Numbered from the stretch's first letter, positions 17,161 through 25,259 are shown. The stretch: DNA of 32,000 nt from Pyrinomonadaceae bacterium (GCA_963763855.1 CAVXPU010000005.1:2278911-2310910), one strand, 5' to 3'. Notes: generated by a model from the sequence alone, not told the origin. Translations and numbers: made by a program.

Positions 17161-17205
17161 AACTTTTTTGATCTTAAAATTTCTGTATAAAAAAATCCCC
17201 TAAAC

Positions 17206-17223
17206 TGAATGAATATTCATTCA
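17206..17223 (-). promoter_or_regulatory. 18-bp perfect palindrome TGAATGAATATTCATTCA upstream of etfBA (operator and/or core of the fabF terminator)
   Basis: Lies 46-63 nt upstream of the etfB ATG and 12 nt downstream of a minus-strand TATAAT (17235-17240). It is also flanked by CCGTTAAAC / GTTTAGGGG complementarity and a T-run in the minus-strand reading. Confidence 0.45.
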
Positions 17224-17264
17224 TAGTTTAACGGATTATAAAAAAATCACCAAATGATTGAAGA

Positions 17265-18506
17265 TTATTCTTCCCAACGTTTAAAAATCAAACACGCATT
17301 TGTCCCGCCGAATCCAAAACTATTGGACAAAACGTAGTCAACTTTTGCATCTCGCGGAACATTTGGAACGTAATCCAGATCGCATTCAGGATCTGGCGTT
17401 TCGTAGTTGATCGTTGGCGGCAATTTCTCTTTCAGCATAGCCATAATCGAGATTACGGATTCAATCCCACCTGCGGCTCCGAGTGCATGTCCGTGCATTG
17501 ATTTCGTCGAACTAACAGGAATATTCTTAGCGTTTTCACCAAAAACTGCTTTGATTGCTTTCGTTTCACCCCGGTCATTATAGAAGGTTGAAGTTCCATG
17601 GGCGTTGATATATCCGATTTGATCAGGTGCGATCCCTGCATCTTTGAGGGCTTTATTCATCACGCGAATTGCTCCCGAACCTGAATCGTCCGGGCTCGTT
17701 TGATGAAAGGCATCACCTGTCATTCCGTATCCAACGATTTCCGCGTAAATCTTTGCACCGCGTTTTTTCGCAAATTCGAGTTCCTCGAGAATCAAAATTC
17801 CCGCACCTTCACCAATCACAAAACCATCGCGATTTGCATCGAAAGGTCGCGAAGCACCTTGCGGATTTTCGTTGTGGGTTGACAATGCCTTCATCGAATT
17901 GAAACCTGAAACTGACATTGGCGTGATCGCAGATTCAGCACCGCCGCAGATCATCGCATCGGCATCGCCGCGTTCGATAATCCTAAAACTATCACCAATC
18001 GCGTGAGCTCCAGCCGCACAAGCCGTTGCAGTTGCAGAGTTTGGACCTTTTGCACCATAACGAATCGAAACATTTCCCGCAGCCAAATTCACAATCGCCG
18101 AAACGATAAAAAACGGCGAAACGCGATTCGGACCATCGTTTAAGAGCTTTTCATGCTCGCGTTCGATTGCCCAAAAATCACCTATACCTGATGAAATATA
18201 AGTCCCAATCTCAAATGCATTTGATTCATCGATCACAAGTCCGCTGTGCGTCATCGCTTCATCAGCGGCAAAAATCGCAAACTGAGAAAAAGCTCCCATT
18301 CGGCGAGCTTCTCGTTTTTCGATAAGTGTTAGCGGGTCAAAGTTTTTGACTTCGCAGGCAAACTTAACGTCAAATTTTTCGGTATCAAATTTTTGGATTA
18401 AATCCGCACCGCTTCGTCCAGCCATCAACGAATCCCATGTTTCATCGACGGAATTTCCGCAAGCGGTAATTAAACCAAGTCCTGTAACGACAACGCGACG
18501 TTTCAT
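17265..18506 (-). CDS. fabF: 3-oxoacyl-ACP synthase II
   Basis: 413 aa. RRVVVTGLG N-terminus, active-site context ATACAAG, HGTSTxxND and SxKSMxGHxLGAAG motifs. Confidence 0.95.
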   Translation of the reverse strand: MKRRVVVTGLGLITACGNSVDETWDSLMAGRSGADLIQKFDTEKFDVKFACEVKNFDPLTLIEKREARRMGAFSQFAIFAADEAMTHSGLVIDESNAFEIGTYISSGIGDFWAIEREHEKLLNDGPNRVSPFFIVSAIVNLAAGNVSIRYGAKGPNSATATACAAGAHAIGDSFRIIERGDADAMICGGAESAITPMSVSGFNSMKALSTHNENPQGASRPFDANRDGFVIGEGAGILILEELEFAKKRGAKIYAEIVGYGMTGDAFHQTSPDDSGSGAIRVMNKALKDAGIAPDQIGYINAHGTSTFYNDRGETKAIKAVFGENAKNIPVSSTKSMHGHALGAAGGIESVISIMAMLKEKLPPTINYETPDPECDLDYVPNVPRDAKVDYVLSNSFGFGGTNACLIFKRWEE

Positions 18507-18519
18507 AATGTTTGTGACT

Positions 18520-18584
18520 AGTGAAAAGTAAATTGTGAATAGTGAAATTAATTTCCCACTTTTCGTTTTTCACTTTTCACTTTT
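18520..18584 (-). repeat. Intercistronic hairpin with heptamer-periodic arms (acpP stop to fabF start)
   Basis: GTGAAAA GTAAATT GTGAATA GTGAAAT, loop, then CCACTTT TCGTTTT TCACTTT TCACTTT. AGTGAAAAGT (18520-18529) pairs perfectly with ACTTTTCACT (18572-18581). Confidence 0.6.
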
Positions 18585-18586
18585 AG

Positions 18587-18823
18587 TTATTTTTTATGTT
18601 GTTCGACATACGCATAAGCGTCGCGGACGGCTTGAATTTTTTCAGCATCTTCATCGGGAATTTCAATATCAAATTCCTCCTCAAAACGCATAACGAGTTC
18701 TACCAGATCCAATGAGTCTGCTCCTAAATCTTCGATGAAGCGAGCATTTTCCGTAACTTCCGCTTCATCCACACCTAATTCATCAACAATAATTTGTTTG
18801 ATCTTATCTTGAACTTCTGACAT
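18587..18823 (-). CDS. acpP: Acyl carrier protein
   Basis: 78 aa. [13 protein letters not shown] phosphopantetheine-attachment motif. GAGGAGAA RBS upstream. Confidence 0.95.
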   Translation of the reverse strand: MSEVQDKIKQIIVDELGVDEAEVTENARFIEDLGADSLDLVELVMRFEEEFDIEIPDEDAEKIQAVRDAYAYVEQHKK

Positions 18824-18889
18824 ATTTTCTCCTCAAATATAATTAACTTTTGATTACTTATAAATTTTACCAAAAAACAAATTAGGAAA

Positions 18890-19897
18890 CTAAGCTCCGC
18901 CAACACCTTCAGATGTAATTGACGATTCGGAATCTCCAAATCCGGCTAAACTATTTCCCAAACTCTCTGAATTCTCAACGTTAAACAGGCGAACATCACG
19001 ATTGATCTGTTTCACCAAACCACTTAAGACTTTTCCCGTGCCAACTTCAATAAATGCATTTGCTCCGGCACCTATTAACTTTTCAATTGACTGAACCCAA
19101 CGAACAGGCGAGGAAACTTGTTGAGTAAGAGCCTCGCAAACTCTTGAACCATTTGAGTTTATCTTTGCCGACACATTTTCCACCAACGGGAATCTCAAAT
19201 CGTTAAACCTAATCGCCTTCAAATCCGCCGCTAATTTTTCTTGAGCGGGCATCATCAAAGCACAATGAAACGGTGCCGAAACATTTAGTTTGATTGCTCG
19301 CTTTGCTCCGCGTTCTTTTAATAATTCACACGCCCTATCAATCGCTTCCGCGTTTCCCGCAATCACAATCTGCGAAGGTGAATTAATATTAGCAGGGCTG
19401 CAAATTTGTCCCATCGCTGCCTCTTCGCAAGCTTTTTCGATCGTATCTAAATCTGCCCCAAGAATTGCCGCCATCGCCCCAACCCCATATGGAACAGCAT
19501 CTTGCATATAAGTTCCGCGTTTACGAACAATTTTCACCGCATTTGTAAAGGAAATCGCATTTGCCGCAACTAACGCGGAGTATTCGCCTAAGCTATGACC
19601 CGCAACGTAATGCGGACTTGGTAAACCCTCCGACTGCATCACCATAAATGCTGCAATTGAAGATGTTAGAATCGCCGGTTGCGTATTGGCAGTTAAGGCT
19701 AGATCCTCCGTGGTTCCCTCAAAACACATTTTTGAAAGCGAAAAACCAAGAGCCTCATCAGCTTCTTCAAAGACCTTGCGGGCAATCGGGAAATTGTAAT
19801 ACAAATCCTTGCCCATTCCAACCGCTTGGCTTCCCTGTCCGGGGAAAATATAAGCAATTTTGGACTTAGGATTTTGGATTTTGGATTCCTCGTTCAT
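18890..19897 (-). CDS. fabD: Malonyl-CoA:ACP transacylase
   Basis: FPGQGSQ and GHSLGEYSAL motifs. The start is uncertain: the only in-frame ATG (19897) adds 17 aa, and SKIQNPKSKI is encoded by the GGATTTT repeat arm. Confidence 0.9.
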   Translation of the reverse strand: MNEESKIQNPKSKIAYIFPGQGSQAVGMGKDLYYNFPIARKVFEEADEALGFSLSKMCFEGTTEDLALTANTQPAILTSSIAAFMVMQSEGLPSPHYVAGHSLGEYSALVAANAISFTNAVKIVRKRGTYMQDAVPYGVGAMAAILGADLDTIEKACEEAAMGQICSPANINSPSQIVIAGNAEAIDRACELLKERGAKRAIKLNVSAPFHCALMMPAQEKLAADLKAIRFNDLRFPLVENVSAKINSNGSRVCEALTQQVSSPVRWVQSIEKLIGAGANAFIEVGTGKVLSGLVKQINRDVRLFNVENSESLGNSLAGFGDSESSITSEGVGGA

Positions 19898-19971
19898 TAA
19901 AACCTATTATTTGCTATAAGATTTTGTATTTAAGATCGAGACCTCGTTGTGTCAATCCAAAATCCAAAATC
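19870..19971 (-). repeat. 18-bp perfect inverted repeat of GGATTTT / AAAATCC heptamers (fabH stop to fabD start)
   Basis: GATTTTGGATTTTGGATT (19870-19887) and AATCCAAAATCCAAAATC (19954-19971), 66 nt apart. The right arm decays into AATCACC AATCTAA AATCGAA across the fabH stop. Confidence 0.8.
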
Positions 19972-19977
19972 ACCAAT

Positions 19978-20961
19978 CTAAAATCGAATAACCGTTCCGC
20001 CCCAAGTTACACCGCCGCCAAAGGCAGTCATCAATACTAAATCGCCTTCCTTAACCTTTCCAGAACGCAAGCACTCATCCAACGCAATCGGGATTGATGC
20101 CGATGAAGTATTTCCGTGCTGGGCAATATTTGAATAAACTTTTTCTTCCGAAATTCCAAGCCTCGACGTTACGGCATCAGTAATTCTCTGATTAGCCTGA
20201 TGCGGAATTACCAAGTCAACATCATCGATCGTATAGCCCGCTTTCGCTAACATCTCTGCCGAAATTTCCGCCATGGAGCGAACTGCAACTTTAAACAATT
20301 CATTGCCCTTCATCTTAAAGAAATGCTGTCCGCTATCAATTGTCTCGTGCGTTGTGCCAAGTTTGGTTCCGCCGCCGGGTGCATATAATTGCTCTTCATA
20401 ACGCCCGTCAGAACGAATCTTGGTCGCCAAAATTCCTTTGCCTTCCGGAACAGCACCAATAACCGCCGCACCTGCTCCGTCACCAAAAATGACGCAAGTG
20501 CCGCGATCAGTATAATCGACGTATTTTGTTAAAACTTCCGCCCCAATAACCAATGCATACCTAATTTGACCGGTTCGAATCATCGATTCAACCATGGTCA
20601 AACCATACAAGAATCCTGAGCAAGCCGCAAAAACATCCATCCCAGCTGCGTTATCACAACCGAGTTCTTTTTGAATCAGGCAACCTGTCGAAGGTAAAAT
20701 TTGGTCAGGCGTGGTGGTGGCACAAATGATGATATCGATATCGTTCGGATCAATTCCCGAACTCTCAATTGCTAATCTGCCCGCTTTCACGGCAAATTGA
20801 GAGGTGTATTCATTATCGGCGGCTTTGCGGCGTTGCTTGATACCGGTTCGTGACGTAATCCATTCATCGTTGGTATCAACAATTTTTTCCAAATCGGCGT
20901 TGGTCAAAACCCCACTTGGATAAGCGTGTCCTGTTCCGATTATTCCTGCATTTTGTGCCAT
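19978..20961 (-). CDS. fabH: 3-oxoacyl-ACP synthase III
   Basis: 327 aa. Active-site Cys context FAACSGF, IPHQAN, and C-terminal GGGVTWG. Confidence 0.95.
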   Translation of the reverse strand: MAQNAGIIGTGHAYPSGVLTNADLEKIVDTNDEWITSRTGIKQRRKAADNEYTSQFAVKAGRLAIESSGIDPNDIDIIICATTTPDQILPSTGCLIQKELGCDNAAGMDVFAACSGFLYGLTMVESMIRTGQIRYALVIGAEVLTKYVDYTDRGTCVIFGDGAGAAVIGAVPEGKGILATKIRSDGRYEEQLYAPGGGTKLGTTHETIDSGQHFFKMKGNELFKVAVRSMAEISAEMLAKAGYTIDDVDLVIPHQANQRITDAVTSRLGISEEKVYSNIAQHGNTSSASIPIALDECLRSGKVKEGDLVLMTAFGGGVTWGGTVIRF

Positions 20962-20993
20962 TATATCTAAATTTTAGAGTTTGAATTATTAAA

Positions 20994-21027
20994 GCGTTTG
21001 TAGTTTATAAGAAATTTCTACAAACGC
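20994..21027 (-). promoter_or_regulatory. 10-bp perfect inverted repeat between rpmF and fabH
   Basis: GCGTTTGTAG (20994-21003) / CTACAAACGC (21018-21027) with a 14-nt loop. The half-site recurs in the spacer of the yceD promoter. Confidence 0.5.
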
Positions 21028-21056
21028 CAAAACGTAAAGTCCACAAAAAATTCAGG

Positions 21057-21242
21057 CTATTCTTTTTCTTTGCCGACAATTATTTGCCTACCCTTATATT
21101 CACCCGTAATCGGGTCAATTCGGTGCGGCTTTTTGGCTTCGCCGGTCTCTTTATCAAGATAATATTGTGGCACAACCAGAGCATCATGAGCTCTGCGTGT
21201 TCGTGTGCGTGTGTGCGAATGTCTTCGTTTTGGATTTGGCAT
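21057..21242 (-). CDS. rpmF: 50S ribosomal protein L32
   Basis: MPNPKRRHSHTRTRTRRAH is the canonical L32 N-terminus. The track ORF's 17-aa upstream extension reads through a repeat hairpin. Confidence 0.9.
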   Translation of the reverse strand: MPNPKRRHSHTRTRTRRAHDALVVPQYYLDKETGEAKKPHRIDPITGEYKGRQIIVGKEKE

Positions 21243-21255
21243 TATATACTCCGTA

Positions 21256-21314
21256 ATTTCAGATTTCAGATTCCATATTAAACTCAAATTCAATTTGGAA
21301 TCTGAAGTTTGGAA
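21256..21314 (-). repeat. Intercistronic hairpin with heptamer-periodic arms (yceD stop to rpmF start)
   Basis: ATTTCAG ATTTCAG ATTCCAT ... TTTGGAA TCTGAAG TTTGGAA. TTCAGATTCCA (21265-21275) pairs perfectly with TGGAATCTGAA (21296-21306), with a 20-nt loop. Confidence 0.65.
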
Positions 21315-21315
21315 T

Positions 21316-21825
21316 TCATTTTAATTTTTTCAAAGCTGCCCATCTCGGGTCAATTTCTTTTTCCTGGCAATTGCAATCTTGCAAATTTTTATTTGCACCA
21401 CACTTCTGGCACAAACCTTTGCAATCTTCCCTACAAAAAAACTGTATAGGCAAACTCAAAATAATTTGCTCCCTTACAAGTTCTTCGAGCTTTATTTGTT
21501 CATCTTCATAGATTGCAATTGCTAAATCTTCAGTTTTTATCTGTGCTTCGGCTTCTTTTGTGTAATTTTCAGCACTCAAATAGCCAACATTAAATGCAAT
21601 CTGCAAAACTTGATTAACCGGAAGCAGGCATCTTGAACAGTCGACTTCCATTTCCCCAATGATCTCGCCTTCGACATCAACCTGAACAATTCCTTTTCTT
21701 ACCGTACCAACTGCCTGAACCGGCTTGATAAGTCTCGCCATTTCTTCATCTAAATCAGGCTGGCATACGAAATCAAACTGTCTTTCGGATCCTATAATTT
21801 GGGTTAAATCAACAATCATCTGCAC
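21316..21825 (-). CDS. yceD: YceD/DUF177 family protein
   Basis: 169 aa. C-terminal Cys cluster CREDCKGLCQKCGANKNLQDCNC. Conserved position upstream of rpmF. GTG start at 21825, with an alternative ATG at 21819. Confidence 0.85.
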   Translation of the reverse strand: MQMIVDLTQIIGSERQFDFVCQPDLDEEMARLIKPVQAVGTVRKGIVQVDVEGEIIGEMEVDCSRCLLPVNQVLQIAFNVGYLSAENYTKEAEAQIKTEDLAIAIYEDEQIKLEELVREQIILSLPIQFFCREDCKGLCQKCGANKNLQDCNCQEKEIDPRWAALKKLK

Positions 21826-21867
21826 AAATATAAAAACTCTTCAAATAGCTATAGAAACAAACCATTT

Positions 21868-21895
21868 ATTATAGCGTTTGTATTTGATGTGTCAA
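21868..21895 (-). promoter_or_regulatory. Consensus sigma-70-type promoter for yceD-rpmF-fab operon
   Basis: The minus strand reads TTGACA (21895-21890), 16-nt spacer catcaaatacaaacgc, TATAAT (21873-21868). It lies about 40 nt upstream of the yceD start. Confidence 0.55.
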
Positions 21896-21937
21896 ACTAT
21901 CGGAGTTCATAAGGGCAACGCCGTCATCTTGAAGGCG

Positions 21938-23060
21938 TTACGATTTTCTGCTCCCAATCGCTTCATCCAAATGCTTAAATCCTTTCTCTTTCAACATTTT
22001 AGCTAAACCATAATTTATATCTCTGGCAAACGAAATGCCCTGATAAATAAACCCGGTGTAAGCTTGAAGTAGGCTCGCACCTGCAATTATTTTCTCAAAA
22101 GCATCTTCAGCGGAAAAAATTCCACCCACTCCAATTATCGGAATTTTGCCTTTCGAATATTTGTAAATCGTTGAAATAACTTCAGTTGAGAGTTTCGAAA
22201 GAGGCTTTCCGCTAAGTCCGCCTGTTTCGTTAGTTTTTGTTTTCAAACCTTCGCGGCTTATCGTAGTATTCGTTGCGATTATGCCAGAAAGATTGAGCTT
22301 TAAGGCAATGTCAACGATTGCTTCGATTTCCGCTTCGCTCAAATCTGGGGCAATTTTAACAAGGATAGGCTTTAGGTTTTGAGTTCCAACTTCAGTTAGC
22401 TTCTGCTCAGCATTTTGCCAACTTAAGTTGGCACTCAAAACTTTATTTCGCTTCCACAGAGCCTCCAACAATTCTTCCAAATTTTCAGCCTTCTGAAGCT
22501 CTCGTAAGTTTGGCGTATTTGGCGAAGAAACGTTAACCGCAATGTAATCAGCAACTTGATGAGCCAAATTAAAGCTTTTTAGGTAATTCTCAATCGCTTC
22601 TTCATTTGGCACGTCTTTATTTTTGCCAATATTTACACCCAAAACGCAGTTTCGCCGAATGGTTTTTAATCTCTCGACAACTTTCGGCGTACCTTCATTA
22701 TTAAACCCTAGGCGATTTATCAACGCTTTATCTTCTGGCAAGCCGGAAAAGTCGCGGCTTGTCATTTCCCGTTTGCGGATTGAAAGTAACTGTTCCAACT
22801 TCTACAAAGCCAAATCCCAAAGATGCGAGTTGATTAACGACAATTCCATTTTTATCAAATCCGGCAGCGATTCCAAAAGGATTATCGAACTTCAAACCAA
22901 ACCGTTCAAGCTCGCCAAACTCTCTGCATTCAAAGCGTTTAGCAAATTGTTTCTGCACTATTTCAGTTGACAGACCATAGCGTAAAGCATTGATTCCAAT
23001 CTCGTGTGCAGTCTCTGCCGAAAGCTTGAAAAGTATTGGTTGGATGAGTTTTCGATACAT
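21938..23060 (-). pseudogene. pyrD: Dihydroorotate dehydrogenase (class 2, quinone-type) interrupted by a 1-nt frameshift
   Basis: The N-terminal ORF (23060-22728) ends ...GNDKPRLFRLARR*. The second frame continues ...PEDKALINRLGFNNEG to 21938. Together they rebuild the conserved PRLFRLxxxxxLINRxGFNN region. The frame switch lies within about 22731-22742. Confidence 0.85.
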
Positions 23061-23125
23061 TTTTTTGAATATGATAACTGATAATTGTTGAATGTTAAAT
23101 GATTGTTTGTTAGGATTTTAGCTAA

Positions 23126-23692
23126 ATGGGCGACATAAATTTAGTTGAAAAATCACGGATAATGAATAGTGCTTCTATGAAACGGGCATTATCGCGTTTG
23201 GCATCGGAAATTGTTGAAAGCAATCACGGAGCTGAAAATTTATATTTGGTAGGAATTCGTCGGCGAGGCGTTCCATTAGCGGAGGCTTTGATGAAAAGCA
23301 TAACTGCTTTGGAAGGGATTTCACCGCTTTACGGAATTTTGGACATTACGCTTTATCGCGATGATCTTTCAACCGTCGGTGCAAATCCAATCGTTAATCG
23401 CACCGAATTAAACGACGATATTGAGAATAAAAACATCATTTTGGTCGATGATGTACTTTATACCGGCAGAACAATTCGTGCGGCGATGGATCAATTAATG
23501 GATTTCGGTCGCCCGAATAAGGTTCAGCTTGCGGTATTGATCGATCGCGGCAAGGAGCATCGTGAACTTCCAATTCAGGCTGATTATATCGGCAAAACCG
23601 TTCCGACAAAGCGAAGCGAGATCGTAAAAGTGATGCTCAAAGAATTTGACGATGTTGAGGCGGTTGGGATTTTTGAACGACCGACTGAATAG
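23126..23692 (+). CDS. pyrR: Bifunctional pyrimidine operon regulator / uracil phosphoribosyltransferase
   Basis: 188 aa. PRPP-binding motif [17 protein letters not shown], and [12 protein letters not shown] is typical of PyrR. Confidence 0.9.
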   Translation: MGDINLVEKSRIMNSASMKRALSRLASEIVESNHGAENLYLVGIRRRGVPLAEALMKSITALEGISPLYGILDITLYRDDLSTVGANPIVNRTELNDDIENKNIILVDDVLYTGRTIRAAMDQLMDFGRPNKVQLAVLIDRGKEHRELPIQADYIGKTVPTKRSEIVKVMLKEFDDVEAVGIFERPTE

Positions 23693-23697
23693 TTTTT

Positions 23698-23724
23698 AAG
23701 CAAGGTTAAATGCCTTGCTTTTTT
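23698..23724 (+). terminator. Rho-independent terminator directly after pyrR
   Basis: AAGCAAGG (23698-23705), 7-nt loop, CCTTGCTT (23713-23720), then TTTT. Starts 6 nt after the pyrR TAG. Confidence 0.85.
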
Positions 23725-23998
23725 AATAACTGATGTGAAATTGAATTTATGTTTGGCAAGAAAGAGTCAAAACTAGAATTAAATCTTCGAGGATGTGAAA
23801 AAATCTCGCGGACTCTGATTTTTTAGTTACTCGTTTGACATCGCAAGAATCAGGTTTGAAGAGGCAACTATCCATCGAATTAGCTCACAATTTGTTGTTT
23901 ATTAATTCGCACAATTTGTCAACCCGCTGGCTGTTTGCCTCAAATAATCAGTTGATTGAAACCTTTATCAAATTCCTTTAGATGGCAATTCTGAACAC

Positions 23999-24256
23999 GT
24001 GGAAAGTTACGATACCGAACGATTTCAACCATTTCGAGATAGTGGAAACGATTCAACGCCACCAAATCCAACTGGTTGGCTTTTATACGTTTATACTACC
24101 GATACGGCAATTGATGATACAAAGGCGATCGCGATTTCGGAAATTTCTGGAAATGATTTAACTATGATTCTTGATCGGGTTGAAACTACATTTGATAAAG
24201 TTAGAATAAATAAAGACGAATTGATTTTCTTTACCGATCAAATCAGCAAAATCTAA
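23999..24256 (+). CDS. Hypothetical small ORF, possibly the 3' remnant of a decayed gene
   Basis: 85 codons from a GTG with no obvious RBS. Open segments in the other two frames lie just upstream (23749-23826 and 23799-23980). Confidence 0.3.
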   Translation: MESYDTERFQPFRDSGNDSTPPNPTGWLLYVYTTDTAIDDTKAIAISEISGNDLTMILDRVETTFDKVRINKDELIFFTDQISKI

Positions 24257-24317
24257 TCTCAAAAATCAGACTTTCCGAAAGCAAAGTTACTCAAACAAAA
24301 GAATTACCGAAAATTCA

Positions 24318-25259
24318 ATGAGCGAAATTTTCAAAAGAAAAGACTTACTGGGCATCCGCGACCTATCGGCGGACGAAATAAATACGATTTTGCAGACCGC
24401 AGAGACTTTTCGCGACGTTTCTCGTCGTGAAGTAAAAAAGGTTCCGGCACTTCGCGGCAAAACCGTTATTAACCTTTTTTTTGAAAATTCCACACGCACA
24501 CGCACAAGTTTCGAACTCGCTGCCAAGCGTCTTTCTGCCGATGCGGTAAATATCAGCGTTTCAACTTCAAGCGTAGCCAAAGGCGAGACAATTCTCGATA
24601 CCGCAATGAATTTAGACGCGATGGCACCGCATATTATCGTTGTCCGTCACGGTTCGGCGGGCGTTCCTCATCAGCTTGCAAAGGTCAGTAAGGCTTCTAT
24701 TGTAAATGCAGGCGATGGCTCAAACGAGCATCCTACTCAAGCCTTGCTCGACGCTATGACGATCAAAGAACACAAAGGCGGAATCGACGGGTTGACCGTA
24801 GCAATTTTGGGTGACATTTTGCATAGCCGCGTAGCACGTTCGAACATTCAATTGCTTACAAAACTCGGTGCAAAAGTGAGAGTTGCAGGACCAAATCCGC
24901 TTGTTCCGCCCGAGTTTTTGGGTTTAGTTGAAAAAGATTTAATGATTTGCCCGACTATCGAAAACGCTCTCGAAGGCTCTGATGTCGTAATGGTCTTCCG
25001 CATCCAACGCGAACGGATGGACAAAGCTTTTTTCCCCACAATGCGGGAATATGCCATCCATTACGGCTTAACCAAAGATCGCCTTAAACTGGCAAAAAAA
25101 GACGCAATTGTCCTTCACCCCGGACCAATGAATCGCGGAATTGAGATCGCGTCCGATGTAGCCGATGGCTCAAGTTCGCTGATTTTGAATCAGGTAGAAT
25201 ACGGACTGGCGGTTAGAATGGCGGTGCTTTATTTATTGAGTGGGGGAAGTAATGAATAG
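24318..25259 (+). CDS. pyrB: Aspartate carbamoyltransferase catalytic subunit
   Basis: 313 aa. Motifs [20 protein letters not shown] and HPGPMNRG. Confidence 0.95.
   Translation: MSEIFKRKDLLGIRDLSADEINTILQTAETFRDVSRREVKKVPALRGKTVINLFFENSTRTRTSFELAAKRLSADAVNISVSTSSVAKGETILDTAMNLDAMAPHIIVVRHGSAGVPHQLAKVSKASIVNAGDGSNEHPTQALLDAMTIKEHKGGIDGLTVAILGDILHSRVARSNIQLLTKLGAKVRVAGPNPLVPPEFLGLVEKDLMICPTIENALEGSDVVMVFRIQRERMDKAFFPTMREYAIHYGLTKDRLKLAKKDAIVLHPGPMNRGIEIASDVADGSSSLILNQVEYGLAVRMAVLYLLSGGSNE

Noticed and set aside
22728-22742. Programmed +1 ribosomal frameshifting at AGA-AGA-TAA in pyrD.
   Set aside because: AGA is a commonly used codon in this AT-rich sequence, so it is not a hungry codon. There is no upstream SD-like stimulator comparable to prfB. 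A simple indel or sequencing error is more parsimonious, and this is kept only as a minor alternative in the pyrD finding.
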